DNA of 63,790 nucleotides, filler included, from Octopus bimaculoides (Eukaryota): assembly GCF_001194135.2 (NCBI RefSeq). It is 7 parts of 7 records of this genome, joined end to end, with 100 filler letters (N's around TTAATTAATTAA, not from the genome) between each part and the next. Parts side by side here need not be neighbours in the genome. Positions count along the whole stretch, not along the records: positions 26,526 to 53,470 come from NC_068982.1; positions 53,571 to 57,326 come from NC_068984.1; positions 57,427 to 60,265 come from NC_068996.1; positions 60,366 to 62,603 come from NC_068992.1; positions 62,704 to 63,790 come from NW_026346384.1; 2 more parts are not named here. One strand, given 5' to 3'. Shown one piece after another: positions 52,700 through 63,790 of this stretch (within the stretch, counting starts at the first letter, position 1; the number at the start of each line of letters is the position of its first letter). Under the pieces are notes generated by a model, which saw only the letters and a program-made list of their open reading frames with translations, had not been told where the DNA came from and did not search any database. Made by a program: the position numbers and the translations under genes.

Positions 52700-53117
52700 A
52701 GACCCGGCAAGCCAAGTGAGACCTAAATCTAAGGCCTCAGCCAGCCCACTTATGCGTACCTTCCTTCATTGGACACTAAACTGCACTTGCGAAGACCTGT
52801 TGAGGCAAGTGAAATCGAAATCGAGTTAAATTCGACGACTGGCACCCATGCCAACATCGTCTCCTTCATTGGACACGAAACTCAGCTTGCGAAGACTTGT
52901 TGGGGCAAGTGAAAGCGAAACTATGATGGCACCTGTGCCCAGCGTCGCCTTTCTGGCANNNNNNNNNNGAAGGGCATCCAGCTGTAGAAACTCTGCCAAA
53001 TCAAATTGGAGCCTGGTGTAGCCATCCGGTTTCACCAGTCCTCAGTCAAATCGTCCAACCCATGCTAGCATGGAAAGCGGATGTTAAACGACGATGATGA
53101 TGATGATGATGATGATG
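52700..53117 (+). mobile_element. SINE family D (V-domain-like gaagggcatccagctgtagaaa, (GAT)n tail)
   Basis: Tail catgctagcatggaaagcggatgttaaacgacgatgatga; internal ~100-bp duplication ccttcattggacac...gcaagtgaaa at about 52760 and 52860. Confidence 0.7.
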
Positions 53118-53570
53118 GTGTGTTAGGGTGTGGGTGAAAGTGAGTGACAGAGGGACCAGGAGTGTGGGTAGGTGAAAGAGTATGGTGTGAATAAGCATGT
53201 CCAGTAAGTTCACTATCATTAATTCACCGCAGGGAAAGTTCACCAATAAAATAGTTTTTAACTATTAATGGTGCAATACTATGGATATACTTTCCTCACA
53301 CTGAACTTTCTTCATGGTGAATTGATGGCAGTGAACTCACCTGTAATTGCAAATGAGAGATGAGGAATTAAAAAGGGCTAGGAGACCACTGCAAAGATTG
53401 AGTAAGGTTCAAGAGCAGATGTAGTGAATGGTGGATGACCAATGGTGCATGAATTCAGGAAGGTGAAAGANNNNNNNNNNNNNNNNNNNNNNNNNNNNNN
53501 NNNNNNNNNNNNNNTTAATTAATTAANNNNNNNNNNNNNNNNNNNNNNNNNNNNNNNNNNNNNNNNNNNN

Positions 53571-53604
<34 letters not shown>

Positions 53605-53616
53605 CATAAAAAAGAG

Positions 53617-53650
<34 letters not shown>

Positions 53651-54103
53651 ATGTTCCTTATGCATTCGAAAACTGAGTTGCCGGTTTTGACGTATGGGGC
53701 ATCAAAAGATTCAGTGATCTGTCGGTTTGAAAAACACTGCTCTACAACGAGCAGGTTTCATTAGAAAATGAAAATAGTTTCACACTTTTAGTTTGAACCA
53801 AAATTACGAAGAGTGACGATGTGTGAATAATGAAAGTACTGTTTCTCCAAATTAGTCACATCTGTACTATAATAAAGAAAGATGCTTATCATTTATCTAT
53901 CTATCTATATATAATAGATCATCCCATAGGTAATGTAGTTTTTTTCAATTGCACGAACTAAAGGTCGGGGGAGACAGGATAAACTTGCTGTAAACTTGCA
54001 TCAACTTGCTGCAAAGCAGTTAGTAATTTTACTTTATTCTTATTCTTAGTACAAGTTTCGAAGAATGCAGTTCTATTTTAACAGTTATTCTTTCAAAGCT
54101 ATA

Positions 54104-54690
54104 ATGGAAGTGACAAAGGAGCATATTCGACATATTTTGCTTTGAGCTCAATAAAGGCAACAACGCAACGGTAAGTGCGAGGAATATTAATGCAGTATAT
54201 AGAGATCTGACAATAAGCGTAAGCCAGTGTCAACGGTGCTTCCGGAAATTCCGAGCCGGAAACTACAGCATAGAAGACGATCCTCGTCCTGGAAGATCTG
54301 TAGAGCTTGAGGAGAACGTCCTGCAAACTCTGGTGGAACAAAATTCCATCGTAACTGTTGAGGAACTATCAGAGAAGTTTGGATCATTCAACCAGTCATT
54401 CAAGTCAGTGCCAGAAGAAAAATGACTATCTTTGGCTTCAAGACGAAAGGCGTTCTTCCATCAGGATAATGCTTGGTCACATTCAGCGTGGATGAAATCA
54501 AATGCCAATCCCTTTAAAACAGCAACCACTTTAACAGTACCAGAATCACTATCCCACTACATCTACACATTCAAAGCAGTTTGTCAACGGCTCTTCAGCA
54601 ACAACACACCCCGATAATCTCAGTGGCTACTACTAAATTCAGGCCACGGCAGAGAGGACGTTCTTGAAGCCGAGGATTTTAAACTTACGG
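54104..54690 (+). mobile_element. Mariner transposase remnant, internally deleted
   Basis: MEVTKEHIRHILL, CFRKFRAGNYSIEDDPRPGRSVELEEN, FHQDNAWSH. Confidence 0.85.
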
Positions 54691-54907
54691 AGACAATATT
54701 TACATATCGCCTGCGGAAACAACTAGATCTCATATTACAGGGAAACAGTTGCATAATCAAGTACCTGCCCCACAACTAGATCTCATATTACAGTTGCATA
54801 ATCAGGTACCTGCCCACCTGGAGAACTACATTGCATGGAAACCATTGTAGTGATTAAAAAATAAATGTCCAACCGTACCTCATCGTGTTGACTCCAATTT
54901 TTTCAAT

Positions 54908-54987
<80 letters not shown>

Positions 54988-54989
<2 letters not shown>

Positions 54990-55187
54990 TGCATTTGTCC
55001 TCCATCACCGCTTGGCAACCCATGTCTCTGTGTTCATGTCTCCGTAACCAGTAGTTCGGCAAAGGCGGTGGATGGAATAGATACTAGTCTTGAAAAGCCC
55101 TGGGGTCGATTTGTTCGACTAAAATCTTTCAAGGAATTGCTGAGCATGGCCGCAGTCAAATGACTAAGAAGAGTAAAAAGATAAGAT
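54988..55187 (+). mobile_element. SINE family C, 3' half following (TG)n
   Basis: tagttcggcaaagg...ggggtcgatttgttcgactaaa...gcatggccgcagtcaaatgact. Confidence 0.75.
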
Positions 55188-55331
55188 ACGCACACGCACG
55201 CACACACACACACACAGATATATAGAGAAAGGAGGAGAGAAAGAGACGCACACATACACACATACATACATGTACATACAGACGTATACGTAGATATATA
55301 CACACGCATATATGTATATACATACGTAAAT

Positions 55332-55372
<41 letters not shown>

Positions 55373-56560
55373 CATACATACATACATACATGAATATGTG
55401 TGTGTAGAGAGAGAGAGAGAGAGGGATGAGGCTAGCGAAGAAGAGAATACGCTCGCGTGGAAACTATCCAGATGCTTTGCATCGTTTTTGCATGATATCA
55501 ACTTTCTACAACTGATATATCTTGATGACACTTCTATTCTGATTTATCAATATTTCATTCAGCCATTTGAGTCAAAACAACTTCCGAAATCTCATTGTTT
55601 TCTTTATTTTTGTCTTTTTTTTTTTCTTTTTGCATTAGTTTTTCTTGACGCAAATGATAAACAATAGAGTAAGGAGACCACTTCGCAGAAGGGAAAAAAG
55701 GTACGGCGTGTGTGTGTGTGCGTATGTGTGCGTGTGTGTGTGTGTGTGTGTGTCTGTCTGTCTGTGCATACGAGAGATGGAGAGTGAGGGACAGAGAGGG
55801 GGGAGAGAGTATGAGTGATTGAATGAGTGAGTGAGTGAGTTAGTGAGTGAGTAGTCACTAAGTGAAGGAGTAAGTGAATGAGTGAGAAAGTGAAAGAGAG
55901 AAAGAAAAGGAGTGAGTGAATGAATGAGTATATGTGTGAGGAAGAGAGACAGACAGACAGACAGAAAAGGAGCGAGAGAGAGAGAGTGAGTGATCAATGA
56001 TTTGTAAAGATATGATAGAGAATTTAGTGATGATTGAAGTTAAGAGTAGATGGAAGAATGAAAACGAGAAACACTTGTAGTAAACAAATAAATATGATGA
56101 TGGAATAAAAGGAAAGAGAGACGGTTGCATGTATGAGAAATTCGAGAACAGGGCAGAGAATCATAGATATGTTTGACGTAGTTTGAAGTGAGATATAAAT
56201 GACATGATGAAGAACGGAAAAACGAAAAACGAAACGAAACTAAAAAGAGAAAAATAAAATAAAAGAAACGATGCTTGGTGGAAGAAAGAAATGAAGAATG
56301 TGTGAGATGAAGAAAAGGAATTATTGTTTGGCCTAGACACGAATAAATAATTATGTAGAGGGTAAGTTTGTGTGAGGGATGAGAGAAAGATTAAGGTTTA
56401 AACGGGATTTTCATGTGAATCTAAATGATTGAGAAGTCAAAATGCGTAAATACATTTTTTTTAAAGTTAATAGGTAGAGACATTAAAATGTGAAAGCAGA
56501 GATGATTAATGAACGGAAGAAACTTGGACTTAAAGAATAAGAAAAACATTATGGAAACGA

Positions 56561-57288
56561 TTAATGGATTTTTTCTGCTTGGCTGCCACTTTTGAATTTC
56601 TTCAATTTCGCTCCGATTGATTTTTCAGATTTGGTGTATTGATGTAGATTTTTGAATGCTCATTAACATGAAATTCGTTTTCGCCATAAATCACTAAGTA
56701 AAGAGTTAATAGCTTTTAAAGTAAGCAAATGTTTGGTAATTTTTGCTAATCGATAGCCAAAGACATGTAGATACCTATTTCCATAATAAGAAGCCAAGCG
56801 TTGAAAAAGTGTTTGCGAAAAGCCACGTGTTTACAAACTGATATTTTACGGTGTGTTTTCCTGCTTATACCTATCTTTTTCTGCTCTTAAAACTATAATG
56901 TGTGTTCTTTACTCCTTTGCGCATTGAATACATATTGAATGCTTAAAACTACAAAATATGAGTTGTTTACTCGTACTGGGGATCATTTTCGCTTATTAAA
57001 TGCTTTGAACAGGTGCTATCGTCGCAATGTTGACATTTTTGTTTCTTTATCTTACGACTGCTGTCACTCACAAAATCACTGCTTCCAAATTCTGTTTTCT
57101 GACTGGCTAAAAATGATCAAATTTTAAACCTCTGTAACGTTAACAAAATAATAAAAAAAAATCTGGAACAAGTGAATTAGGTCCAGAGATTGAGCGTGAA
57201 AAATTATGTCAATACACTAGGTCTGAAGGTTTTCATTTGATTTTTAAAATTTCAAAAAGTACAGCCAAACAGAAAAGATCCTGATTAA
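56561..57288. mobile_element. Non-autonomous DNA transposon with ~35-40-bp imperfect TIRs, flanked by TTAA
   Basis: Left ttaatggattttttctgcttggctgccacttttgaattt; reverse complement of right end ttaatcaggatcttttctgtttggctgtactttttgaaattt. Confidence 0.65.
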
Positions 57289-57426
57289 CAATAAGAGAAA
57301 AACGAAAAAAAAAAAAAAAAAAAAAANNNNNNNNNNNNNNNNNNNNNNNNNNNNNNNNNNNNNNNNNNNNTTAATTAATTAANNNNNNNNNNNNNNNNNN
57401 NNNNNNNNNNNNNNNNNNNNNNNNNN

Positions 57427-57469
<43 letters not shown>

Positions 57470-57835
57470 TAAGACAGGCTTCTTTCAGTTTCTGTCTACC
57501 AAATCCATTCACAAGGCTTTGGTCTGCCTACCCGAGGCTATAGTAGGTGACATTCGCCCAAGGTACCATGCAATGGGACTGAACCCGGAATCATGTGGTT
57601 GAGAAGCAATACACATACATACACACATACATACATACAGACACACATACACACACACACACAGTCGTGTCTGAGTCTTTTTGCGCGTACTTGTTTTCCT
57701 ACACACACTGCTTGGTAACCTGTGTTCATTTCTTTACATCCCTGTAACTTAGCGGTTCGGCAAAAAATCCCGATAGAATAAGTTACTGAGCTCGATCTGA
57801 TTGGCTGAAATACTCCAAGCTGCTGCCCCAGCATG
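57470..57835. mobile_element. SINE family C fragments in opposite orientations
   Basis: Head half on minus (57470-57610); tail half on plus (57690-57835). Confidence 0.65.
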
Positions 57836-58276
57836 TTCGTTTTCGATTAATTAAAAAGCGAATTCCATTAATGACTAAAGTTATTATTGACTAACAACTG
57901 TTAGTGACTTATCTTTTTCTCCTTTTACAGTTATTAATGAAGGTCAAGGTCGACCCTGATAACGTAGACGCCTGTGAATGTTTATAAGCGCTCTTATGTA
58001 TGATTACACGCGTGTCCTATCCGTCATGTTTTTTTATCGGCTCAGTGCTCCTAGGAAGGACCGATCACATTATCAAATATGTCCTTCGTTTTAAAGACGG
58101 CAGAATATGACTACTGCTTCCAGCTGGCCGAGTTACTACACAAAAGCTCATTGGTTTGTTTTTAGAGACTATAAATGTATCATCGATAACTTAAGCACCA
58201 GTGAAGCACTGGGATCGATGTAATCGACTAGTTCCTGCCCCCAAAATTTGAAGCCTTGTGCTTCAGTAGAAAGGAC

Positions 58277-58326
<50 letters not shown>

Positions 58327-60446
58327 GGTTTAGAATGACATTTCATTTAACCATGATCATTTCCCAGTGTAGAAATCAATAAACCACGGGAAATTTAGAC
58401 TGATGTGACGAACTCCTCAGTATGTTAGAATAANNNNNNNNNNNNNNNNNNNNNNNNNNNNNNNNNNNNNNNNNNNNNNNNNNNNNNNNNNNNNNNNNNN
58501 NNNNNNNNNNNNNNNNNNNNNNNNNNNNNNNNNNNNNNNNNNNNNNNNNNNNNNNNNNNNNNNNNNNNNNNNNNNNNNNNNNNNNNNNNNNNNNNNNNNN
58601 NNNNNNNNNNNNNNNNNNNNNNNNNNNNNNNNNNNNNNNNNNNNNNNNNNNNNNNNNNNNNNNNNNNNNNNNNNNNNNNNNNNNNNNNNNNNNNNNNNNN
58701 NNNNNNNNNNNNNNNNNNNNNNNNNNNNNNNNNNNNNNNNNNNNNNNNNNNNNNNNNNNNNNNNNNNNNNNNNNNNNNNNNNNNNNNNNNNNNNNNNNNN
58801 NNNNNNNNNNNNNNNNNNNATATATATATATATATACATATTTGTACAGTAATAGATCTTTTTAGAAATGATCTACAGTAGTTTTCATAAAGTATGTGAG
58901 TATACAGACGCACGCGCGAATGCGCGCGCGCGCTTTCTGGACTTGGTGAAAACATCTGCCATGTTTAAAATTGGCTTCTAGAACATTCTTCATTCGCTTC
59001 AGCAGTTTGCCAAATCATTATACACACACACTCGTGCGTGTGTGTGTGTGTGTAAGCGTGTAATAAAAGTATATGATATAACATAAAATTATGTATGTAA
59101 TATAATATAAACTAATCTATAATGTATAACATGTCCAATAATACATTTTGTTTCTAACATAGGCACAAAACCAGAACTTCGGAAGAGTGGGGGCGGGGGC
59201 AATCCATGATATCAGCCTTTTGACTGGTTCTACAATTATTATGTCAGCTCCGAACAGTAGAAAGGCAAAGTTGACTCTATTTTATGCTGTTACAATGTGT
59301 GCGTGCATGCATGCGCGTGCGCGTATTTGGTCGTTTATTGTCCATCTGTATATGTAAATGTGTACGCATATGTATCGACCCATATAAGCACGAAAAAGTA
59401 GACGTTAAAATAACGATTATATATGTATGTATGTGTGTGTATGTATGTATGTATGTATGTATGTATGTATGTATGTACGTATGTATGTATGTATCTATGC
59501 ATCTATGTATCTATGAATCTATGCATGTAGGTATTCGTGTGTGTATGTATATATGTATGTATGTTTATATACACACACATATAGAGAGAGAGACAGACAG
59601 GCCGACACAGAGATATATCCATACATACAAACATACACATATAGTGTATGCGCGTGTGTGTATATATATATTAATATATATATATATAAATATATATGTG
59701 TGTGTGTGTGTGTGTATGCGCGCGCGCATTAAAATGTAGCGCAAAATTTTAAGATAGTAGCGGATCATAGTATTATAAAGAAGCAGCCACTGCTAATTTG
59801 CATGCGGGATTAATTTAATTTATCATACTCAATAGAAATCTTAGATTTAAAACTGAAATTTTAAACAAGTAGCCATAATTTAAGAAGAAAATAAGTGACG
59901 TTGAAATAGTCCTGAAAAGCAGACGTAATTTAGTACTTCAAGCCTCACTCCCACTCAATCTAGCAACCTTGTCTTTACCTCCCTCCGTAATTATTTCTAA
60001 TTAGTTTTCTTTTTTCGTAATGCTCATTGCATTTAAATATGTTAACACTCACTGAAACTATTTTTTCCATGCGGCTGCGACGTCCTTGAGCAAATTTCAC
60101 TCTAGATCAGTGGTTTCCAATCGGAGTGTTTTAATTAGTAATTAGTGCTGTCTCGTAGTTGTTTTGTTTTTGTTTCTTAAATTTAGATAAGCGCAGGCGT
60201 GGCTTTGTGGTAAAAAGTTTTCTTCTCAACCATCTGGTTTCGATTTCAGTGCCACCCCCCCCCCCNNNNNNNNNNNNNNNNNNNNNNNNNNNNNNNNNNN
60301 NNNNNNNNNTTAATTAATTAANNNNNNNNNNNNNNNNNNNNNNNNNNNNNNNNNNNNNNNNNNNNGGTTTCACTAATGAAATGCAGACCTAGTAATCCAC
60401 CACCCACTTAAACACTATATTTCATTTAGCTTTCCTATTTATTTCC

Positions 60447-60479
<33 letters not shown>

Positions 60480-60876
60480 TTTGATTGAGTACCATGTCTA
60501 ATATCTCTGAAATAACGCAAGATGTCATATACTCCTTTTTATCATTGATTGGTTGGCAAAATGAATTTTAGATGTAGTTTTTCTTCTCTTTTCTTTTTTT
60601 TTTTTGTTTCAGAAATTTATTTTTCAATATATCGTGGGTGAGCTTCGAAGTATTTGCAAACGATATTGGCCTCAATTAATTGGCCTTCAGATGTTTCGCA
60701 TCACCTTTTGATTTTCATGTTATTGTTGTCGATAAAATAAGTAGCAATCAAGTACTTCGATTAAATCAGCTAATTACATCCTACTTTCCAAACTCTGCGG
60801 TTGGCTGTGGCTTTTGTACCAGTATTGGAAATTATATGCTGTTTTTATTGGTTTCTGTTATTGGATTACAGCTACC

Positions 60877-61138
60877 CTGGGTGGCCGCCTTTAAGTTTAT
60901 ATTCGATTATATGAAATCTAGTACTACGATACTTATTCTATCGATCTGATCACGAGAAAAACAAATTAGTATTCGCATAAATATACGAAAACACAAATTA
61001 AAGGGACAAAACTATATACCCAATATGTATACCAGTTACTTTTTGCGCAGCTCCACCGATATTCTTCCAACGTCTTCATATATAGAAACTCAGAAAAAAG
61101 ACCGAATTCGCTTAAATTAAACACTCACGCACGCATGC

Positions 61139-61180
<42 letters not shown>

Positions 61181-61204
61181 GTGTGTGTGTGTGTNNNNNN
61201 NNNN

Positions 61205-61262
<58 letters not shown>

Positions 61263-61438
61263 TTGTGATGGGTTATACTGGGTTGACGCCTTTAAATATA
61301 TATTTGATTATATCAAACCTAATAATTCGATATTTATTTTATCGATCTGATCAGGAGAAAACAAATTAACCTTCGAATAGATTTACGAGAACACAATTTA
61401 AAGGGACGAAGCTAAATAACCAAAATCTATACCAGTTA
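60877..61438. repeat. Diverged ~160-bp direct duplication
   Basis: 60877-61038 and 61278-61438 share ctgggt..cgcctttaa...tcgatctgatca.gagaaaa...aaagggac...tataccagtta. Confidence 0.8.
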
Positions 61439-61469
61439 AAGCAAAACATAAACCCACTGGCATTATATA

Positions 61470-61680
61470 GTGCTTTCAAATTCTGACACAAGGCCAGCAA
61501 GTTTGGGAGTAGGTGTCATAGATTACATCGACCCCAGTTTCAACTGGTACCAATTTTTGTTGACCCCCAAAAAGATGAAAGGTGAAATCGTCCCCAGCGG
61601 AATTTGAACTTCGAACGAAAAGACGGGCAAAATAGCGTTAAACAGTTTGCTGATGTGCTAATGATTGTGCCAGTGAGCTT
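61470..61680 (-). mobile_element. Diverged SINE family A with third tail type
   Basis: Family A body; tail ttgctggccttgtgtcagaatttgaaa. Confidence 0.7.
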
Positions 61681-62044
61681 CCTTACTCTTGCATTATATA
61701 TAGATAACGAACGAAAATAAACACCTCAGAGATGACGAAATATCCAAGTGCCAAAGTTTCAGATTCTTGTTGTGGTATTTATACCAATTATTTGATCCAG
61801 TCTATAACAATTATATTGGTCGTGTCTACTATAAAGAGATTGTACCACACTTTAATGTGCAATTATTTTCAACGTGAGACTAAGAAGGTCTGAAAACTTT
61901 GAGGTTCGATTTAAAAACATTAGTGTTCCAAATAAAAAGCAAAATAACTATAAGAAACTATATAGAAAATCGTTGAAGGAATAAATAACGTGATATAGTT
62001 GTGCTTTCAGTACAATATGCCACACACACCTGTATGTATATAAA

Positions 62045-62590
62045 TGTATGTAACAGACATCTGGTTTCCTCTGGCCCCACGGCAAAGGGCCACTATGCTC
62101 TTTCGTCTTTCATCCGCATTTGGAGCGTCAAACCAGTATGTGCCACAACTGCGCAGGTCATCTTTTAAGGTGGATCTCCAGGTTTTCGTTACTCTTTGGT
62201 CTATTCCCAACTGATAACCATGTCATTACATTTCTTGTTGAGATATAGTACTCCATTCGCAGGACATGCTCTGCCAACTGCAATCATCTGCCTTTGATGA
62301 CAGGTGTGCGGCATTTGTTCTTGGAAGCACCCCTCGTTTGTGATCTTGTCTTGCCATCTAAGGTCCGGGATTTTCCTGAGACATTTTTGTTTGAAGGTAT
62401 CAGTCAGTTCTTCAGGTTTTTACTGTACGCTTCCATGTATTAGCAGCATATATTGTTGTTGCGATATCAATTAACCAGAATAACATTAGTTTAGTTTGTG
62501 ATGTGAGCCTCTTTGATCGCCGTATTAATTAGAGTTTGTTGAATACTCCAGCACCTCTGGTTAGCTTTTGTTTTACGTCAGTTTCAGAAC
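62045..62590 (-). mobile_element. RTE-clade LINE 3' remnant
   Basis: KCLRKIPDLRWQDKITNE and KTWRSTLKDDL...SIVALC; typical RTE C-terminal region. Confidence 0.75.
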
Positions 62591-62703
62591 ACACACACAC
62601 ACANNNNNNNNNNNNNNNNNNNNNNNNNNNNNNNNNNNNNNNNNNNNTTAATTAATTAANNNNNNNNNNNNNNNNNNNNNNNNNNNNNNNNNNNNNNNNN
62701 NNN

Positions 62704-63790
62704 TGCGTGCGTACGTACGTAAATACGTACATGCGTCCATGAAAACGTACGTAAGTAAATAGTACGTGCGTACGTACGTAAATATGTGCGTACGTACGTA
62801 CGTATATAGGTGCGTACGTACGTAAATTAGTGCGTGCGTACGTACGTAAATTAGTGCGTGCGTACGTACGTAAATACTACGTGCGTCCGTAAAAACGTAC
62901 GTACGTAAATAGTACGTGCGTGCTTACGTACGTTAATATGTACGTGCATACGTTTATACGTACAGGCGAACGTACGAATGTATATACGTACCTGCGTACG
63001 TACGTAAATATGTGCGTACGTACGTAAATACATGCGTACGTACTTAAATTAGTGCGTGCGGACGTACGTAAATACGTACGTGCGTCCGTAAAAATGTACG
63101 TAAATAGTACGTGCGTACGTACATAAATAGTACGTACGTACGTGCGTACGTACGTAAATACGTACGTGCGTGCGTAGGTAAATACGTACGTGCGTACATA
63201 CGTAAATACTTACGTGCGTACGTACGTAAATACATGCGTACGTACGTAAATTAGTGCGTGCGTACGTAAATTAGTGCGTGCGTACGTACGTAAATACGTA
63301 CGTGCGTTCGTAAAAACTACGTACTTAAATAGTACGTGCGTACGTACGTACGTGCGTACGTACGTACGTACGTAAATACGTGCGTACATACGTACGTACG
63401 TAAATACGTGCGTACGTACGTGAATTAGTGCGTGCGTACGTACGTAAATACGTACATCCGTCCGTGAAAACGTACGTACGTAAATAGTACGTGCGTACGC
63501 ACGTAAATAGTCCGCGCGTACGTACGTGCGTACATACGTAAATACGTGCGTACGTACGTACGTATATAGGTGCGTACGTACGTAAATTAGTGCGTGCGTA
63601 CGTACGTAAATACTACGTGCGTCCGTAAAAACGTACGTACGTAAATAGTGCGTACGTACATGCGTGCTTACGTACGTAAATATGTACGTGCATACGTTTA
63701 TACGTACAGGCGAACGTACATAAGTAAATACGTACCTGCATACGTACGTAAATATGTGCGTACGTACGTAAATACATGCGTACGTACGTA
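62704..63790. repeat. CpG-rich (ACGT)-based satellite with ~740-760-bp higher-order repeat
   Basis: gtacgtacgtaaat subunits; markers tatataggtgcg at 62803 and 63563, caggcgaacg at 62963 and 63707. Confidence 0.9.

Noticed and set aside
53280-53400. Possible upstream SLC5 exon after a minus-strand ttacAG at about 53341
   Set aside because: Frames close quickly, no SLC5 motif, no convincing phase-1 donor
53571-53950. Helitron-like starts (tctatatata.a followed by (TG)n)
   Set aside because: No 3' hairpin/CTAG end identified and adjacent to a gap
60053-60105. Minus-strand phase-1 donor GTGAGT with open SEICSRTSQPHGKNSF
   Set aside because: Phase is compatible with the SLC5 last exon, but the acceptor is weak, there is no recognisable homology, and two linker gaps intervene

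Overview
AT-rich, microsatellite-dense, gap-ridden eukaryotic DNA, almost certainly an octopus genome (inferred from the tRNA-derived SINE families and the repeat landscape; species not verified). Two protein-coding signals are supported. One is a 551-aa uncharacterised ORF (33960-35615, +). The other is the terminal exon of an SLC5/SGLT-type sodium:solute symporter (51473-51678, -), hidden inside a chimeric ORF call. The rest is mostly four SINE families, decayed LINEs (R4/Dong-type RLE, CR1/L2, RTE, Penelope-like), mariner remnants, MITEs, microsatellites and a CpG-rich ACGT-based satellite. The best leads are RLE retrotransposons that appear to sit specifically in (ACAT)n and (AAT)n microsatellites, the orphan gene with candidate alternative splicing, an RFX X-box next to an AAGGGAGATAA motif cluster, inverted SINE pairs (possible ADAR substrates) and the satellite with a higher-order repeat. 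Six TTAATTAATTAA linkers inside 100-bp gaps are assembly artefacts, so order and orientation across them is uncertain. All family calls come from reading motifs by eye; no searches were run.
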